A stretch of DNA of 63,956 nt, counting the filler, from Vicugna vicugna (lineage: Eukaryota), in NCBI GenBank assembly GCA_013265495.1. It is 80 parts of 79 records of this genome, joined end to end, with 100 filler letters (N's around TTAATTAATTAA, not from the genome) between each part and the next. Parts side by side here need not be neighbours in the genome. Positions count along the whole stretch, not along the records: positions 24,518 to 24,989 come from MU058549.1; positions 25,090 to 25,435 come from PNXW01005155.1; positions 25,536 to 26,191 come from PNXW01005159.1; positions 26,292 to 26,775 come from PNXW01005160.1; positions 26,876 to 27,473 come from MU058551.1; positions 27,574 to 28,544 come from MU058552.1; positions 28,645 to 29,753 come from MU058553.1; positions 29,854 to 30,420 come from PNXW01005169.1; 72 more parts are not named here. One strand, written 5' to 3'. Shown one piece after another: positions 24,520-35,729 of this stretch; the stretch's first letter is position 1; every line of letters starts with the position of its first letter. Position numbers and translations under genes: made by a program. A model generated the notes under the pieces. That model was not told the DNA's origin and did no database searches. It worked only from the letters and a program-made list of their open reading frames with translations.

Positions 24520-24989
24520 GAGCAGCCGAGCCGCCAGGAGCGTGACAGGAAGTTCCGTGAGGTGGAGCGGCTCCTGCAGCAAGAGGAAGAACAGTTGAGC
24601 CGTCAGGAGCGCGACAGAAAGTTCCGTGAGGAGGAGCAGCTCCTGCAGCAAGAGGAGGAACAGCTGCACCGCCAGGAGCGCGACAGAAAGNNNNNNNNNN
24701 NNNNNNNNNNNNNNNNNNNNNNNNNNNNNNNNNNNNNNNNNNNNNNNNNNNNNNNNNNNNNNNNNNNNNNNNNNNNCTGCGCCGCCAGGAGCGCGACAGA
24801 AAGTTCCGTGAGGAGGAACAGCTGCGCCGCCAGGAGCGCGACAGTAAGTTCCGTGAGGAGCAGCTCCTGAAGCAAGAGGAGGAACAGCTGCGCCGTCAGG
24901 AGCGCGACAGAAAGTTCCGTGAGGAGGAAAGGCCGCGCCGCCAAGAGCGCGACAGAAAGCTCCGTGAGGAGGAGCGGCTCCTGCAGCAA
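24520..24989 (+). CDS. TCHH: Trichohyalin repetitive exon fragment (partial, N gap 24691-24776)
   Basis: Both segments are open and encode the characteristic RRQERDRKFREEEQL(L/R) repeats, e.g. QEEEQLSRQERDRKFREEEQLLQQEEEQLHRQERDRK and LRRQERDRKFREEEQLRRQERDSKFREEQLLKQEEEQ. Confidence 0.93.
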
Positions 24990-25089
24990 NNNNNNNNNNN
25001 NNNNNNNNNNNNNNNNNNNNNNNNNNNNNNNNNTTAATTAATTAANNNNNNNNNNNNNNNNNNNNNNNNNNNNNNNNNNNNNNNNNNNN

Positions 25090-25435
25090 TGAATAAGGGA
25101 ACACTCAGGGAATACAAACTAATGGATCCTACTATAACCCAGGGCCTGCTCTCAGTTGGAGGAGCCTTCCAAATTCATAATACTTGAACACGTCTTCGTG
25201 TGTGTTCTGTTGGTGGAGATAAAGAGTCCACGCATATTTCAGGGGTCACAGGTATTCACTTGTTGGAAGTTGTTGGTTAAACACCTCCACTTCCCATGGA
25301 GAGGCACTAACTAATACATGGATTTAGAGAACAAATCCAATTTGAACCACACTCCGGCTTATGATATACATCAGGGAAGTGAAGCTTAATGATTCTACTA
25401 GAACACTGGCACTGCTGTCATTAGGAGGAACTTTC
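25090..25435. repeat. Satellite family B, highly diverged
   Basis: gctctcagttggaggagcc and ctgctgtcattaggaggaac motifs about 265 bp apart. Confidence 0.8.
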
Positions 25436-25535
25436 NNNNNNNNNNNNNNNNNNNNNNNNNNNNNNNNNNNNNNNNNNNNTTAATTAATTAANNNNNNNNN
25501 NNNNNNNNNNNNNNNNNNNNNNNNNNNNNNNNNNN

Positions 25536-25866
25536 CTCCTGGACCTGTACAATCCTGGGCCTTCCCTGGCCTGGGCCTTCACAGGCCTAGGCTTGCACAC
25601 TACTGGGCCCACATACTGCTCGAACTGCACACTCATGGGCCTGTACACAACAGGACCTGCACAATCTTGGGCTTGAACACACCTGGGCCTGTATACTCCT
25701 GATTCTGTACACTCCAGGGCCTCAACACTGCTGGACCTCACAGCGCTGGGCCTGTACTCTTCTGGGCCTGCACACTCCTGTCTCTGCACACTCCAGTGTC
25801 TGCACACTCCTGGGCCTGTACACTCCTGGGCCTGCACAATCCTGTCTGTGCACACTCCAGTGTCTG
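25536..25866. repeat. 16-bp minisatellite (consensus CCTGGGCCTGCACACT, ~20 degenerate copies)
   Basis: Units read directly, e.g. cctgggcctgtacact cctgggcctgcacaat. Confidence 0.9.
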
Positions 25867-26191
25867 CAAGCCGCTCAAGGCGCCAAAGCCGCTCAAGCCG
25901 CCGAAGCTTCTCAAGCCGCCGAAGCCTCTCAAGCCGCTCAAGCCGCCCAAGCCTCTCAAAGCGCTAAAGCCGCCCAAGCCGCTCAAGCCGCCGAAGCCAC
26001 TCGAGCCGCCGCACAAGCCGCTCAGACCGCCCAAGCCGCCCAAGCAGCTGAAGCCGCCAAAGCCGCTCAAGCCGCACAATCCGCCCAAGCCTCTCAAACC
26101 GCTCAAGCAGCCGAAGCCTATCAAGCCGCCGCACAAGCCGCTCAGACCGCCCAAGCCGCCGAAGCCTCTCAAGCCGCTCAAGCCGCCCAAG
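25867..26191 (+). repeat. CpG-rich 9-bp repeat (AAGCCGCTC / AAGCCGCCS), open in several frames; possibly coding
   Basis: About 35 units with only 3-nt indels; reads as (AAQ/AAE/ASQ)n or (KPL/KPP)n on +. Confidence 0.85.
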
Positions 26192-27573
26192 NNNNNNNNN
26201 NNNNNNNNNNNNNNNNNNNNNNNNNNNNNNNNNNNTTAATTAATTAANNNNNNNNNNNNNNNNNNNNNNNNNNNNNNNNNNNNNNNNNNNNAGACCGTCC
26301 CTTATGTCACAGTGTCTAGACCTGGGCCACGGGGCCGCTGGCTGCAAGGAGACTCTGCTGGTGGGCGGTTAGCTTCCAGCCCGTCCAATGGGAGGTGGCA
26401 GGGGCATCGGGAACAAAGCCCTTTGCGGGGGTTTGATTCGTTGTTGCTGTTGCTCCAAGCTTTGGGAGGGGAATTGTGGGGTATAGTTTCTGAAAAGTAG
26501 TCTTTTTTCACTAAGACCTAGGAGTATTCTGGAATGTTGAGTTGTTTTGGGGTCATGATTGTATTTTATTTGAAGGTCCAGCTTCCTCCCTTTCCTTTGG
26601 AAGAGACTAGAGTGCAGGCATACCTTTGCTAATATCGAGACGCCCTCTCCCCCGCTTCCTTCTCTCATCTTGAGATGTCCACGTTCTCTCTTAGATTGCT
26701 AGCTTGTCCCTGCCGGCACTTAAATCTGCTTTGGGTCTTGCCCATCGTAAAAAATACCTTTCTTCCACACAGATTNNNNNNNNNNNNNNNNNNNNNNNNN
26801 NNNNNNNNNNNNNNNNNNNTTAATTAATTAANNNNNNNNNNNNNNNNNNNNNNNNNNNNNNNNNNNNNNNNNNNNAGGGGTTGGGATTGCCAACACATCA
26901 CCTTTTGTTTGCTTCCTGGATTGCTAAACTTGAGAGAAAATATGGAGATGGCAAAGGATACAACCTGAAATGACCTGTCCACCACAAAGAAGGTAATACA
27001 CGCAGAACAGAGATGTGCCCAGGGCAGAGGGAGAGTATTNNNNNNNNNNNNNNNNNNNNNNNNNNNNNNNNNNNNNNNNNNNNNNNNNNNNNNNNNNNNN
27101 NNNNNNNNNNNNNNNNNNNNNNNNNNNNNNNNNNNNNNNNNNNNNNNNNNNNNNNNNNNNNNNNNNNNNNNNNNNNNNNNNNNNNNNNNNNNNNNNNNNN
27201 NNNNNNNNNNNNNNNNNNNNNNTATTAAATATTAAGAATAATAAGACATGGAGAGGGAAAGTGGGCCAGCATAAATCAGGAAAACAACTGAAAGAAATGA
27301 CAACATTTTAGAGAAATTAAAACAGCATTAAAAACATGGAAAAGTAAAATCAGTTCCTCTAAAAACAAAGCAGTAGCCTGTAAAGCACACTGGAAAATGA
27401 AATGGTATAAAATGAGAAGGTCAAGGCTTTAATTATGAAAAAAGAAGGCCTCATATAAACATAGTTGTTATTTNNNNNNNNNNNNNNNNNNNNNNNNNNN
27501 NNNNNNNNNNNNNNNNNTTAATTAATTAANNNNNNNNNNNNNNNNNNNNNNNNNNNNNNNNNNNNNNNNNNNN

Positions 27574-28544
27574 TGAATGTGGGGAGTTTCCTCCAAATGA
27601 CAGCAGCACATGGGGTCTCTTAGAATCCGTTAGCTTCACTTCCTTGTGTGTTTAGCTAGGCCGGGCTGTGAGCGATTGTGGTTTTTGGGCTCTAAAGACA
27701 AGGATAAGCGAGTGCATCTCTGTGGGCAGTGGAGGGATTGAAACTACTTCCCCAACCTTGGAACACCTGTGCCCCCATAAAGATGCGTGGACTCTGTTTC
27801 CCCAGCTCCAGCACACAAATGAGGAATTGTTCTTCTATCCTGAATGTGGGGAGTTTCCTCCAAATGGCAGCAGCACCTGGGGTCTCTTAGAATCCCTTAA
27901 ATTGACTTCTTTGAGTGTTTACCTAGGCAGGGGTGTGAGCGATTGTGGGGGTTGGTCTCTAAAGACAAGGATTAGCGAGTGCCCTTCTATGGGCAGTGGA
28001 GGTGTTTAAACCAAATCCCCAACTTTGGAACACCTCTGCCCCCATAAATATGCGTGAAATCTCTTTCCCAGCTCCAGAACACACACGAAGAGTTTCAGAT
28101 ATCCTTAGTGTGTGGAGGCTCCTCCAAATGACAGCAGTGCCTGGCTTCTAATAGAATTCCTTAGCTGGTTTTCCCGGATGGCTTGCATTGGCTGGGGTCC
28201 TGGGGATNNNNNNNNNNNNNNNNNNNNNNNNNNNNNNNNNNNNNNNNNNNNNNNNNNNNNNNNNNNNNNNNNNNNNNNNNNNNNNNNNNNNNNNNNNNNN
28301 NNNNNNNNNNNNNNNNNNNNACTATGCTTCCCACCTCCAGCACAGTCACGAAGAAGTGTTAAGTTATCCTGAGTGTGGGGAGGCTCCTCTATCTGACAGC
28401 AGTGCCTGGGTTCTATTTAAATGCATAACTTGTATTGACTTTCTGTTTCCCTAGGCCTGGTAACAAGGGAATGATAGGTGTTGTGCTTTAAGGCCAATTA
28501 GCAGCGAGTTCCCCCTGAAGGACTGACGAAGAACTTAGAGGACT
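27574..28544. repeat. Satellite family B
   Basis: t(g/t)a(a/g)tgtg.gg anchor at 27574, 27841, 28105 and 28370. Confidence 0.92.
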
Positions 28545-28644
28545 NNNNNNNNNNNNNNNNNNNNNNNNNNNNNNNNNNNNNNNNNNNNTTAATTAATTAA
28601 NNNNNNNNNNNNNNNNNNNNNNNNNNNNNNNNNNNNNNNNNNNN

Positions 28645-29753
28645 GGGAATGCTAGGAGTGATTGCAGGATATCCCAGTGACCGAGGCTGGGTCCCCAAGT
28701 TCTGGGAATTTATATCCCAGACTTCCACGAACTGGGAACACCTGTGACTGAAGAGAGCTGCGTGGAGTTGTCTGTCGAGCTCCCCCATGCACTGACAATT
28801 GTTCCGGAATCCTGAGCGTGGGGAGGTTCCACCAACGGTCGGCAGCGCCTGGGTTCTAACGGAATGCTTAAGCTCGTCTCCCCTGAGGGTTTTCCTAATA
28901 TCTCTGTGCCAGGGAATGCTAGGAGGGATTGCAGGATATCCCAGTGACCGAGGCTGCCTCCCCAAGATCAGGGAAGTTATATCCCAGATTTCCACCAACA
29001 GGGAACACCTGTGAATTAAGAGAGCTGCGTGGAGTTGTCTGTCGAGCTCCCCCATGCACTGACAATTGTTCCGGAATCCTGAGCGTGGGGAGGTTCCACC
29101 AACGGTCGGCAGCGCGTGGGTTCTAACGGAATGCCTAAGCTCGTCTCCCCTGAGGCTTTTCCTAATGTCTCTGTGCCAGGGAATGTTTGNNNNNNNNNNN
29201 NNNNNNNNNNNNNNNNNNNNNNNNNNNNNNNNNNNNNNNNNNNNNNNNNNNNNNNNNNNNNNNNNNNNNNNNNNNNNNNNNNNNNNNNNNNNNNNNNNNN
29301 NNNNNNNNNNNNNNNNNNNNNNNNNNNNNNNNNNNNNNNNNNNNNNNNNNNNNNNNNNNNNNNNNNNNNNNNNNNNNNNNNNNNNNNNNNNNNNNNNNNN
29401 NNNNNNNNNNNNNNNNNNNNNNNNNNNNNNNNNNNNNNNNNNNNNNNNNNNNNNNNNNNNNNNNNNNNNNNNNNNNNNNNNNNNNNNNNNNNNNNNNNNN
29501 NNNNNNNNNNNNNNNNNNNNNNNNNNNNNNNNNNNNTGAAGAGAGCTGCGTGGAGTTGTCTCTCGAGCTCCCCCACGCACTGACAATGTTTCCGGAATCC
29601 TGAGCGTGGGGAGGCTCCACCAACCGTCGGCAGCGCGTGGGTTCTAACGGAATGCCTAAGCTCGTCTCCCCTGAGGTTTTTCCTAAAGTCTCTTTGCCAG
29701 GGTATGGAAGGGGTGATTGCAGAATATCCCAGTGACTGAGGCTGCCTCCCCAA
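28645..29753. repeat. Satellite family A
   Basis: gggaacacctgtg at 28734 and 29001 (267-bp period). Confidence 0.97.
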
Positions 29754-30520
29754 NNNNNNNNNNNNNNNNNNNNNNNNNNNNNNNNNNNNNNNNNNNNTTA
29801 ATTAATTAANNNNNNNNNNNNNNNNNNNNNNNNNNNNNNNNNNNNNNNNNNNNCTATGTTTTTATATGGACACATACGACAATAAAAAAAGATGTTTATT
29901 GCATTTCTGGCAATCACAGTAACTGCTGACACTTTACTGAATACACATTATACCCAGGCGCTATGCTGAGTGCTCTATATGAGTAGCAGAAATAGCAAAC
30001 AAATAGTAGTTATCATGCATTAAGTAGGGTCCTAAGCATAATTATTCTTATTCGCATATAGGTTCATTCATAACGTGCCTTTAAAGAAGACACAGTACTT
30101 TAAGATCTCAATGAGTAATACTTGGTATGATATTTCTGAGTGTCCGTGCTTACATATATGTGTGCGTGTATGATGTGTGAAGAGAATCTGTTTCATACAG
30201 TGATGATCGTCCTCACTTGCCTCCATTCGGCACAGCGATTGTAATATACCGGGCAATGTTGTAAACTTTTTGCTGTTTTATTCTACAGAGATGGAATGGA
30301 AAAACATAGTAGTAATTTACCCAAGGTTGTGGTTACTAAATTATACTATAGATTTCTACCAATTGCTAAGATCTCACAACTAAAATTTGTGTAGAGAGGA
30401 AACCAGCTGTCAAAATAAGANNNNNNNNNNNNNNNNNNNNNNNNNNNNNNNNNNNNNNNNNNNNTTAATTAATTAANNNNNNNNNNNNNNNNNNNNNNNN
30501 NNNNNNNNNNNNNNNNNNNN

Positions 30521-30880
30521 AAAACAAAGAAACAAAAAGATAAACTTATCTACAGAACAGAAACACAGAGTCATAGAAATCAAACAATGGTTACCAGAGG
30601 GGAAAGGGTGTGGGAAGCAACAGTTTGGGAGTTCAAGATTTGCAGATACTGAGTATGTAAAGAATAAACAGCAAGTTTATTCTGTATACCACAGGAGAAT
30701 ATATTTAATATCTTATTGTAACATGTTTTAAAAGAGTATGAAATTGAATACATGTATGTTCCTATTTAACTGAAGTGTTGTGCTGTACACAAGGAACTAA
30801 CACAACATTATAAACTGACTAGACTTCAATGAAAATATATTTAAATAGACCAAAAACGAAAACAAAGAAAAGGATATTAT
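30521..30880 (+). mobile_element. LINE-1 3' UTR with decayed poly(A), artiodactyl/camelid type
   Basis: aacttatctaca.aacagaaac...atggttaccagaggggaaaggg...aacacaacattataaactgacta.acttcaat followed by an A-rich tail. Confidence 0.88.
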
Positions 30881-31103
30881 CAAACAAAGACTACAAAGTA
30901 CTAATTCAGGTTACAATATGGAAGATCCTTGAAAGTTTATGCTAAAATAAGCCAGACCCAAAAAGCCAAATAGTGACATTTAAGGTGAGCTGTATCTAAG
31001 CGTNNNNNNNNNNNNNNNNNNNNNNNNNNNNNNNNNNNNNNNNNNNNTTAATTAATTAANNNNNNNNNNNNNNNNNNNNNNNNNNNNNNNNNNNNNNNNN
31101 NNN

Positions 31104-31591
31104 GGGCTCTAAAGCCAAGTATTAGCCAGTGCATTTCTGTGGGCAGTGTAGGGTTTTAAACTACTTCCCCCACCTTGGACAACCTGTGCCACATAAAGAT
31201 GCGTGGAATCTGTTTCCCCACCTCCAGCACACACACGGAGACGTGCTCAGGTATCTTGATTGTGGGGAGGCTCCTAAAATGACAGCAGCGCCTCTGTTCT
31301 AATAGAATCCCTTAGCTTGTGTTCCCTGATGGCATGCCTAGGCTGGAGAGAGTGGGAAAGAGGGGATTTGGCTCTAAACCAAGTATTGGCGAGAGCCTAT
31401 CCATAGGATGTGGGTTTATTTTTAAACTACAACTCAAAACCATGGAATAAATGTGCCCCCTGAAAGATGCTTTGACTGTTTCCCTACATCCAGCACACAG
31501 ACGAAAATGTGTTCTGGTATTCTGATTGTGGGGAAGTGCCTCAAAATGACAGCAGCACCTGGATTCTAATAGTATCCCTTAGCTTCTGTTC
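31104..31591. repeat. Satellite family B
   Basis: Same monomer pair as 40069-40406. Confidence 0.92.
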
Positions 31592-31691
31592 NNNNNNNNN
31601 NNNNNNNNNNNNNNNNNNNNNNNNNNNNNNNNNNNTTAATTAATTAANNNNNNNNNNNNNNNNNNNNNNNNNNNNNNNNNNNNNNNNNNNN

Positions 31692-32829
31692 AATATCTCT
31701 GTGCCAGGGAATGCTAGGGGGGATTTGCAGGAAATAACAGGGAAAGAGGCTTCCTCCCCAAGGTCAGGGAAGGTATTTCACGGACTTCCCCGAACAGGGA
31801 ACACCTGTGACTGAAGAGAGCTGCGTGGAGTTGTCTCTCGAGCTCCCCCACGCACTGACAATGGTTCCGGAATCCTGAGCGTGGGGAGGTTCCAAACCAA
31901 CGGTCGGCAGCGCATGGGTTCTAACGGGATGCCTGAGCTCGCCTCCCCTGAGGGTTTTCCTAATGTCTCTGTGCCAGGGAATGCTAGGGGGGGTTTGCAG
32001 GAAATCATAGTGACAGAGGCTTCCTCGCAAAGGTCAGGGAAGGTATTTCTCGGACTTCCCCAAACAGGGAACACCTGTGAATGAAGAGAGTTGCGTGGAC
32101 ATGTCTCTCGAGCTCGCCCACGCACTGACAATGTTTTCGAAATCCTGAGCGTGGGGAAGTTCCGCCAACGGTCGGCAGCGCGTGGGTTCTAACGGGATGC
32201 CTGAGCTCGCCTCCCCTGAGGGTTTTCCTAATGTCTCTGTGCCAGGGAATGCTAGGGGGGGTTTGCAGGAAATCATAGTGACAGAGGCTTCCTCGCAAAG
32301 GTCAGGGAAGGTATTTCTCGGACTTCCCCGAACAGGGAACACCTGTGACTGAAGAGAGCTGCGTGGAGTTGCCTCTCGAGATAGCCCACGCACTGACAAT
32401 GTTTTCGAAATCCTGAGCGTGGGGAAGTTCCACCAACGGTCGGCAGCGCGTGGGTTCTAACGGAATGCCTAAGCTCGTCTCCCCTGAGGGTTTTCTTAAT
32501 GTCTCTGTGCCAGGGAATGCTAGGGGGNNNNNNNNNNNNNNNNNNNNNNNNNNNNNNNNNNNNNNNNNNNNNNNNNNNNNNNNNNNNNNNNNNNNNNNNN
32601 NNNNNNNNNNNNNNNNNNNNNNNNNNNNNNNNNNNNNNNNNNNNNNNNNNNNNNNNNNNNNNNNNNNNNNNNNNNNNNTGGGGAGGTTCCACCAAATGTC
32701 GGTAGCGCGAGGGTTCTATCGGGATGCCTGAACTCGTATCCGCTGAGGGTTTTCCTAATATCTGTGTGCCAGGGAATGCTAGGTGTGATTTGCAGGAAAT
32801 CCCAGTGACAGAGGCTGCCTCCCCAAGTT
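31692..32829. repeat. Satellite family A
   Basis: More than three tandem monomers, period 268-270 bp. Confidence 0.97.
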
Positions 32830-32929
32830 NNNNNNNNNNNNNNNNNNNNNNNNNNNNNNNNNNNNNNNNNNNNTTAATTAATTAANNNNNNNNNNNNNNN
32901 NNNNNNNNNNNNNNNNNNNNNNNNNNNNN

Positions 32930-33362
32930 AACCTTGTGTGGTGGGGAGAATTGAAGCCCCACTCCACGCAAATGGATGTGTGCTCAGGTGTTTACCTTTA
33001 TGGAGAATACATATAAATACTTCCTCAGTCCATTGGGGGACACTCGCTAGTATTTGACCTCAAAGCCCAACCCCCAGGTTTCTCTCAGAGTCAGTCCTAG
33101 AGTAACACACAGGGATTACAATCTAAGGGATTCTATTAGAACCCAGACGCTTCTGTCACCTGAAATTGCCGGCCCACACTCAGGATAGCAGAACACTTCT
33201 GCATGTGTGTTCTAGTGGTGGGGATACAGAGTCCACGCAAATTTCAAGGAGCACAGGTATTCCCATTTTGTGGGGTTTTGTTTAATAACCTCCAAATCCC
33301 ATGGAGAAGATTAATATTTGGATTTAGAGCCCAACCCACCATTTCCCCAGCACTCCGTATCA
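32930..33362. repeat. Satellite family B
   Basis: 32930-33103 is the reverse complement of ~1-178. Confidence 0.88.
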
Positions 33363-33462
33363 NNNNNNNNNNNNNNNNNNNNNNNNNNNNNNNNNNNNNN
33401 NNNNNNTTAATTAATTAANNNNNNNNNNNNNNNNNNNNNNNNNNNNNNNNNNNNNNNNNNNN

Positions 33463-34291
33463 ACCACACTACAAACATATATATGGGGAGGTATATGTTA
33501 CAACACTTTTTATATTCAAAATCACAGGAAATAAAAATCAGAAATAGGAAACAGACTGAGAAACAAGGTTGAGGTTTCAAAAAGAAACGAGATTCAATTG
33601 TGCTAGATGAAAAAAAGTCTCTCCAAATGTGAAGATACAAACTGAAAAGAAAGTCTGTGTTCCCAAAAAGTTAGTTGAAGGACGGCTTTCACACACACTT
33701 ATCTTTCAGAACTGAGCATGTGGAGAGACGTTCGTTCATCCAGCACAAAGGGAACGGTTTGCAGGAGAAACACNNNNNNNNNNNNNNNNNNNNNNNNNNN
33801 NNNNNNNNNNNNNNNNNNNNNNNNNNNNNNNNNNNNNNNNNNNNNNNNNNNNNNNNNNNNNNNNNNNNNNNNNNNNNNNNNNNNNNNNNNNNNNNNNNNN
33901 NNNNNNNNNNNNNNNNNNNNNNNNNNNNNNNNNNNNNNNNNNNNNNNNNNNNNNNNNNNNNNNNNNNNNNNNNNNNNNNNNNNNNNNNNNNNNNNNNNNN
34001 NNNNNNNNNNNNNNNNNNNNNNNNNNNNNNNNNNNNNNNNNNNNNNNNNNNNNNNNNNNNNNNNNNNNNNNNNNNNNNNNNNNNNNNNNNNNNNNNNNNN
34101 NNNNNNNNNNNNNNNNNNNNNNNNNNNNNNNNNNNNNNNNNNNNNNNNNNNNNNNNNNNNNNNNNNNNNNNNNNNNNNNNNNNNNNNNNNNNNNNNNNNN
34201 NNNNNNNNNNNNNNNNNNNNNNNNNNNNNNNNNNNNNTGAACGGGATGCAGGACAAACACTTACTCTGTTTTCTCAGTCTGTTTCCTAGTG
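33463..34291. repeat. Satellite family D with an internal orientation switch near 33630-33637
   Basis: 33463-33629 follows the 10765 orientation; 33638 onward follows the 56180 orientation. Confidence 0.85.
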
Positions 34292-34391
34292 NNNNNNNNN
34301 NNNNNNNNNNNNNNNNNNNNNNNNNNNNNNNNNNNTTAATTAATTAANNNNNNNNNNNNNNNNNNNNNNNNNNNNNNNNNNNNNNNNNNNN

Positions 34392-35629
34392 TCTAAATTC
34401 TGGTTTCTATATTCTCTTCTATATATTGTATATTTCATGTTCTTATTTCTGTATACTACATTCTATATACTGCTTTCCGTATTTATATTGTATATTCTGT
34501 GTTCTACATTCTATATTCTAAATTCTATATTCAGTATAGTGTATTCTATATTCTAAACCCTGTGTTCTGCATTCCATGTTCTAAATTCTCGNNNNNNNNN
34601 NNNNNNNNNNNNNNNNNNNNNNNNNNNNNNNNNNNNNNNNNNNNNNNNNNNNNNNNNNNNNNNNNNNNNNNNNNNNNNNNNNNNNNNNNNNNNNNNNNNN
34701 NNNNNNNNNNNNNNNNNNNNNNNNNNNNNNNNNNNNNNNNNNNNNNNNNNNNNNNNNNNNNNNNNNNNNNNNNNNNNNNNNNNNNNNNNNNNNNNNNNNN
34801 NNNNNNNNNNNNNNNNNNNNNNNNNNNNNNNNNNNNNNNNNNNNNNNNNNNNNNNNNNNNNNNNNNNNNNNNNNNNNNNNNNNNNNNNNNNNNNNNNNNN
34901 NNNNNNNNNNNNNNNNNNNNNNNNNNNNNNNNNNNNNNNNNNNNNNNNNNNNNNNNNNNNNNNNNNNNNNNNNNNNNNNNNNNNNNNNNNNNNNNNNNNN
35001 NNNNNNNNNNNNNNNNNNNNNNNNNNNNNNNNNNNNNNNNNNNNNNNNNNNNNNNNNNNNNNNNNNNNNNNNNNNNNNNNNNNNNNNNNNNNNNNNNNNN
35101 NNNNNNNNNNNNNNNNNNNNNNNNNNNNNNNNNNNNNNNNNNNNNNNNNNNNNNNNNNNNNNNNNNNNNNNNNNNNNNNNNNNNNNNNNNNNNNNNNNNN
35201 NNNNNNNNNNNNNNNNNNNNNNNNNNNNNNNNNNNNNNNNNNNNNNNNNNNNNNNNNNNNNNNNNNNNNNNNNNNNNNNNNNNNNNNNNNNNNNNNNNNN
35301 NNNNNNNNNNNNNNNNNNNNNNNNNNNNNNNNNNNNNNNNNNNNNNNNNNNNNNNNNNNNNNNNNNNNNNNNNNNNNNNNNNNNNNNNNNNNNNNNNNNN
35401 NNNNNNNNNNNNNNNNNNNNNNNNNNTTATACTATAAATTCTGTGTCCTGCATTCTATATTCTAAATTTTATATTCAGTATTTTGTATTCTATATTATAA
35501 ATTCTGTGTTCTAATTCCATTTCTAAATATTAGTTTCTATATTTTATTTTATATTTTGTATATTTTGTGTTCTTATTTCTATAAACTAAATTCTATATTC
35601 TGCATTCCGTATTTATATTGTATATTCTG
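34392..35629. repeat. Satellite family E
   Basis: 7-bp periodicity on both sides of a long gap. Confidence 0.93.
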
Positions 35630-35729
35630 NNNNNNNNNNNNNNNNNNNNNNNNNNNNNNNNNNNNNNNNNNNNTTAATTAATTAANNNNNNNNNNNNNNN
35701 NNNNNNNNNNNNNNNNNNNNNNNNNNNNN

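Noticed and set aside
24603..24989. Minus-strand ORF LLLTELSVALL repeats
   Set aside because: It is the antisense shadow of the TCHH repeats.
25738..26190. Gly-rich minus-strand ORF as a keratin-associated protein or keratin tail
   Set aside because: It lacks the Tyr/Cys patterns of KRTAPs, and the repeat variation is mostly non-synonymous in that frame. Kept only as an alternative reading of the 9-bp repeat.
26292..26775. Possible endogenous retrovirus gag leader (MGKTQS-like start on the minus strand)
   Set aside because: The frame closes quickly and no gag motifs or primer-binding site were seen.
27668..28009. ECGE/CxxC-looking peptides from satellite B resembling zinc fingers
   Set aside because: No C2H2 spacing; they recur at the 265-bp satellite period with frequent stops.
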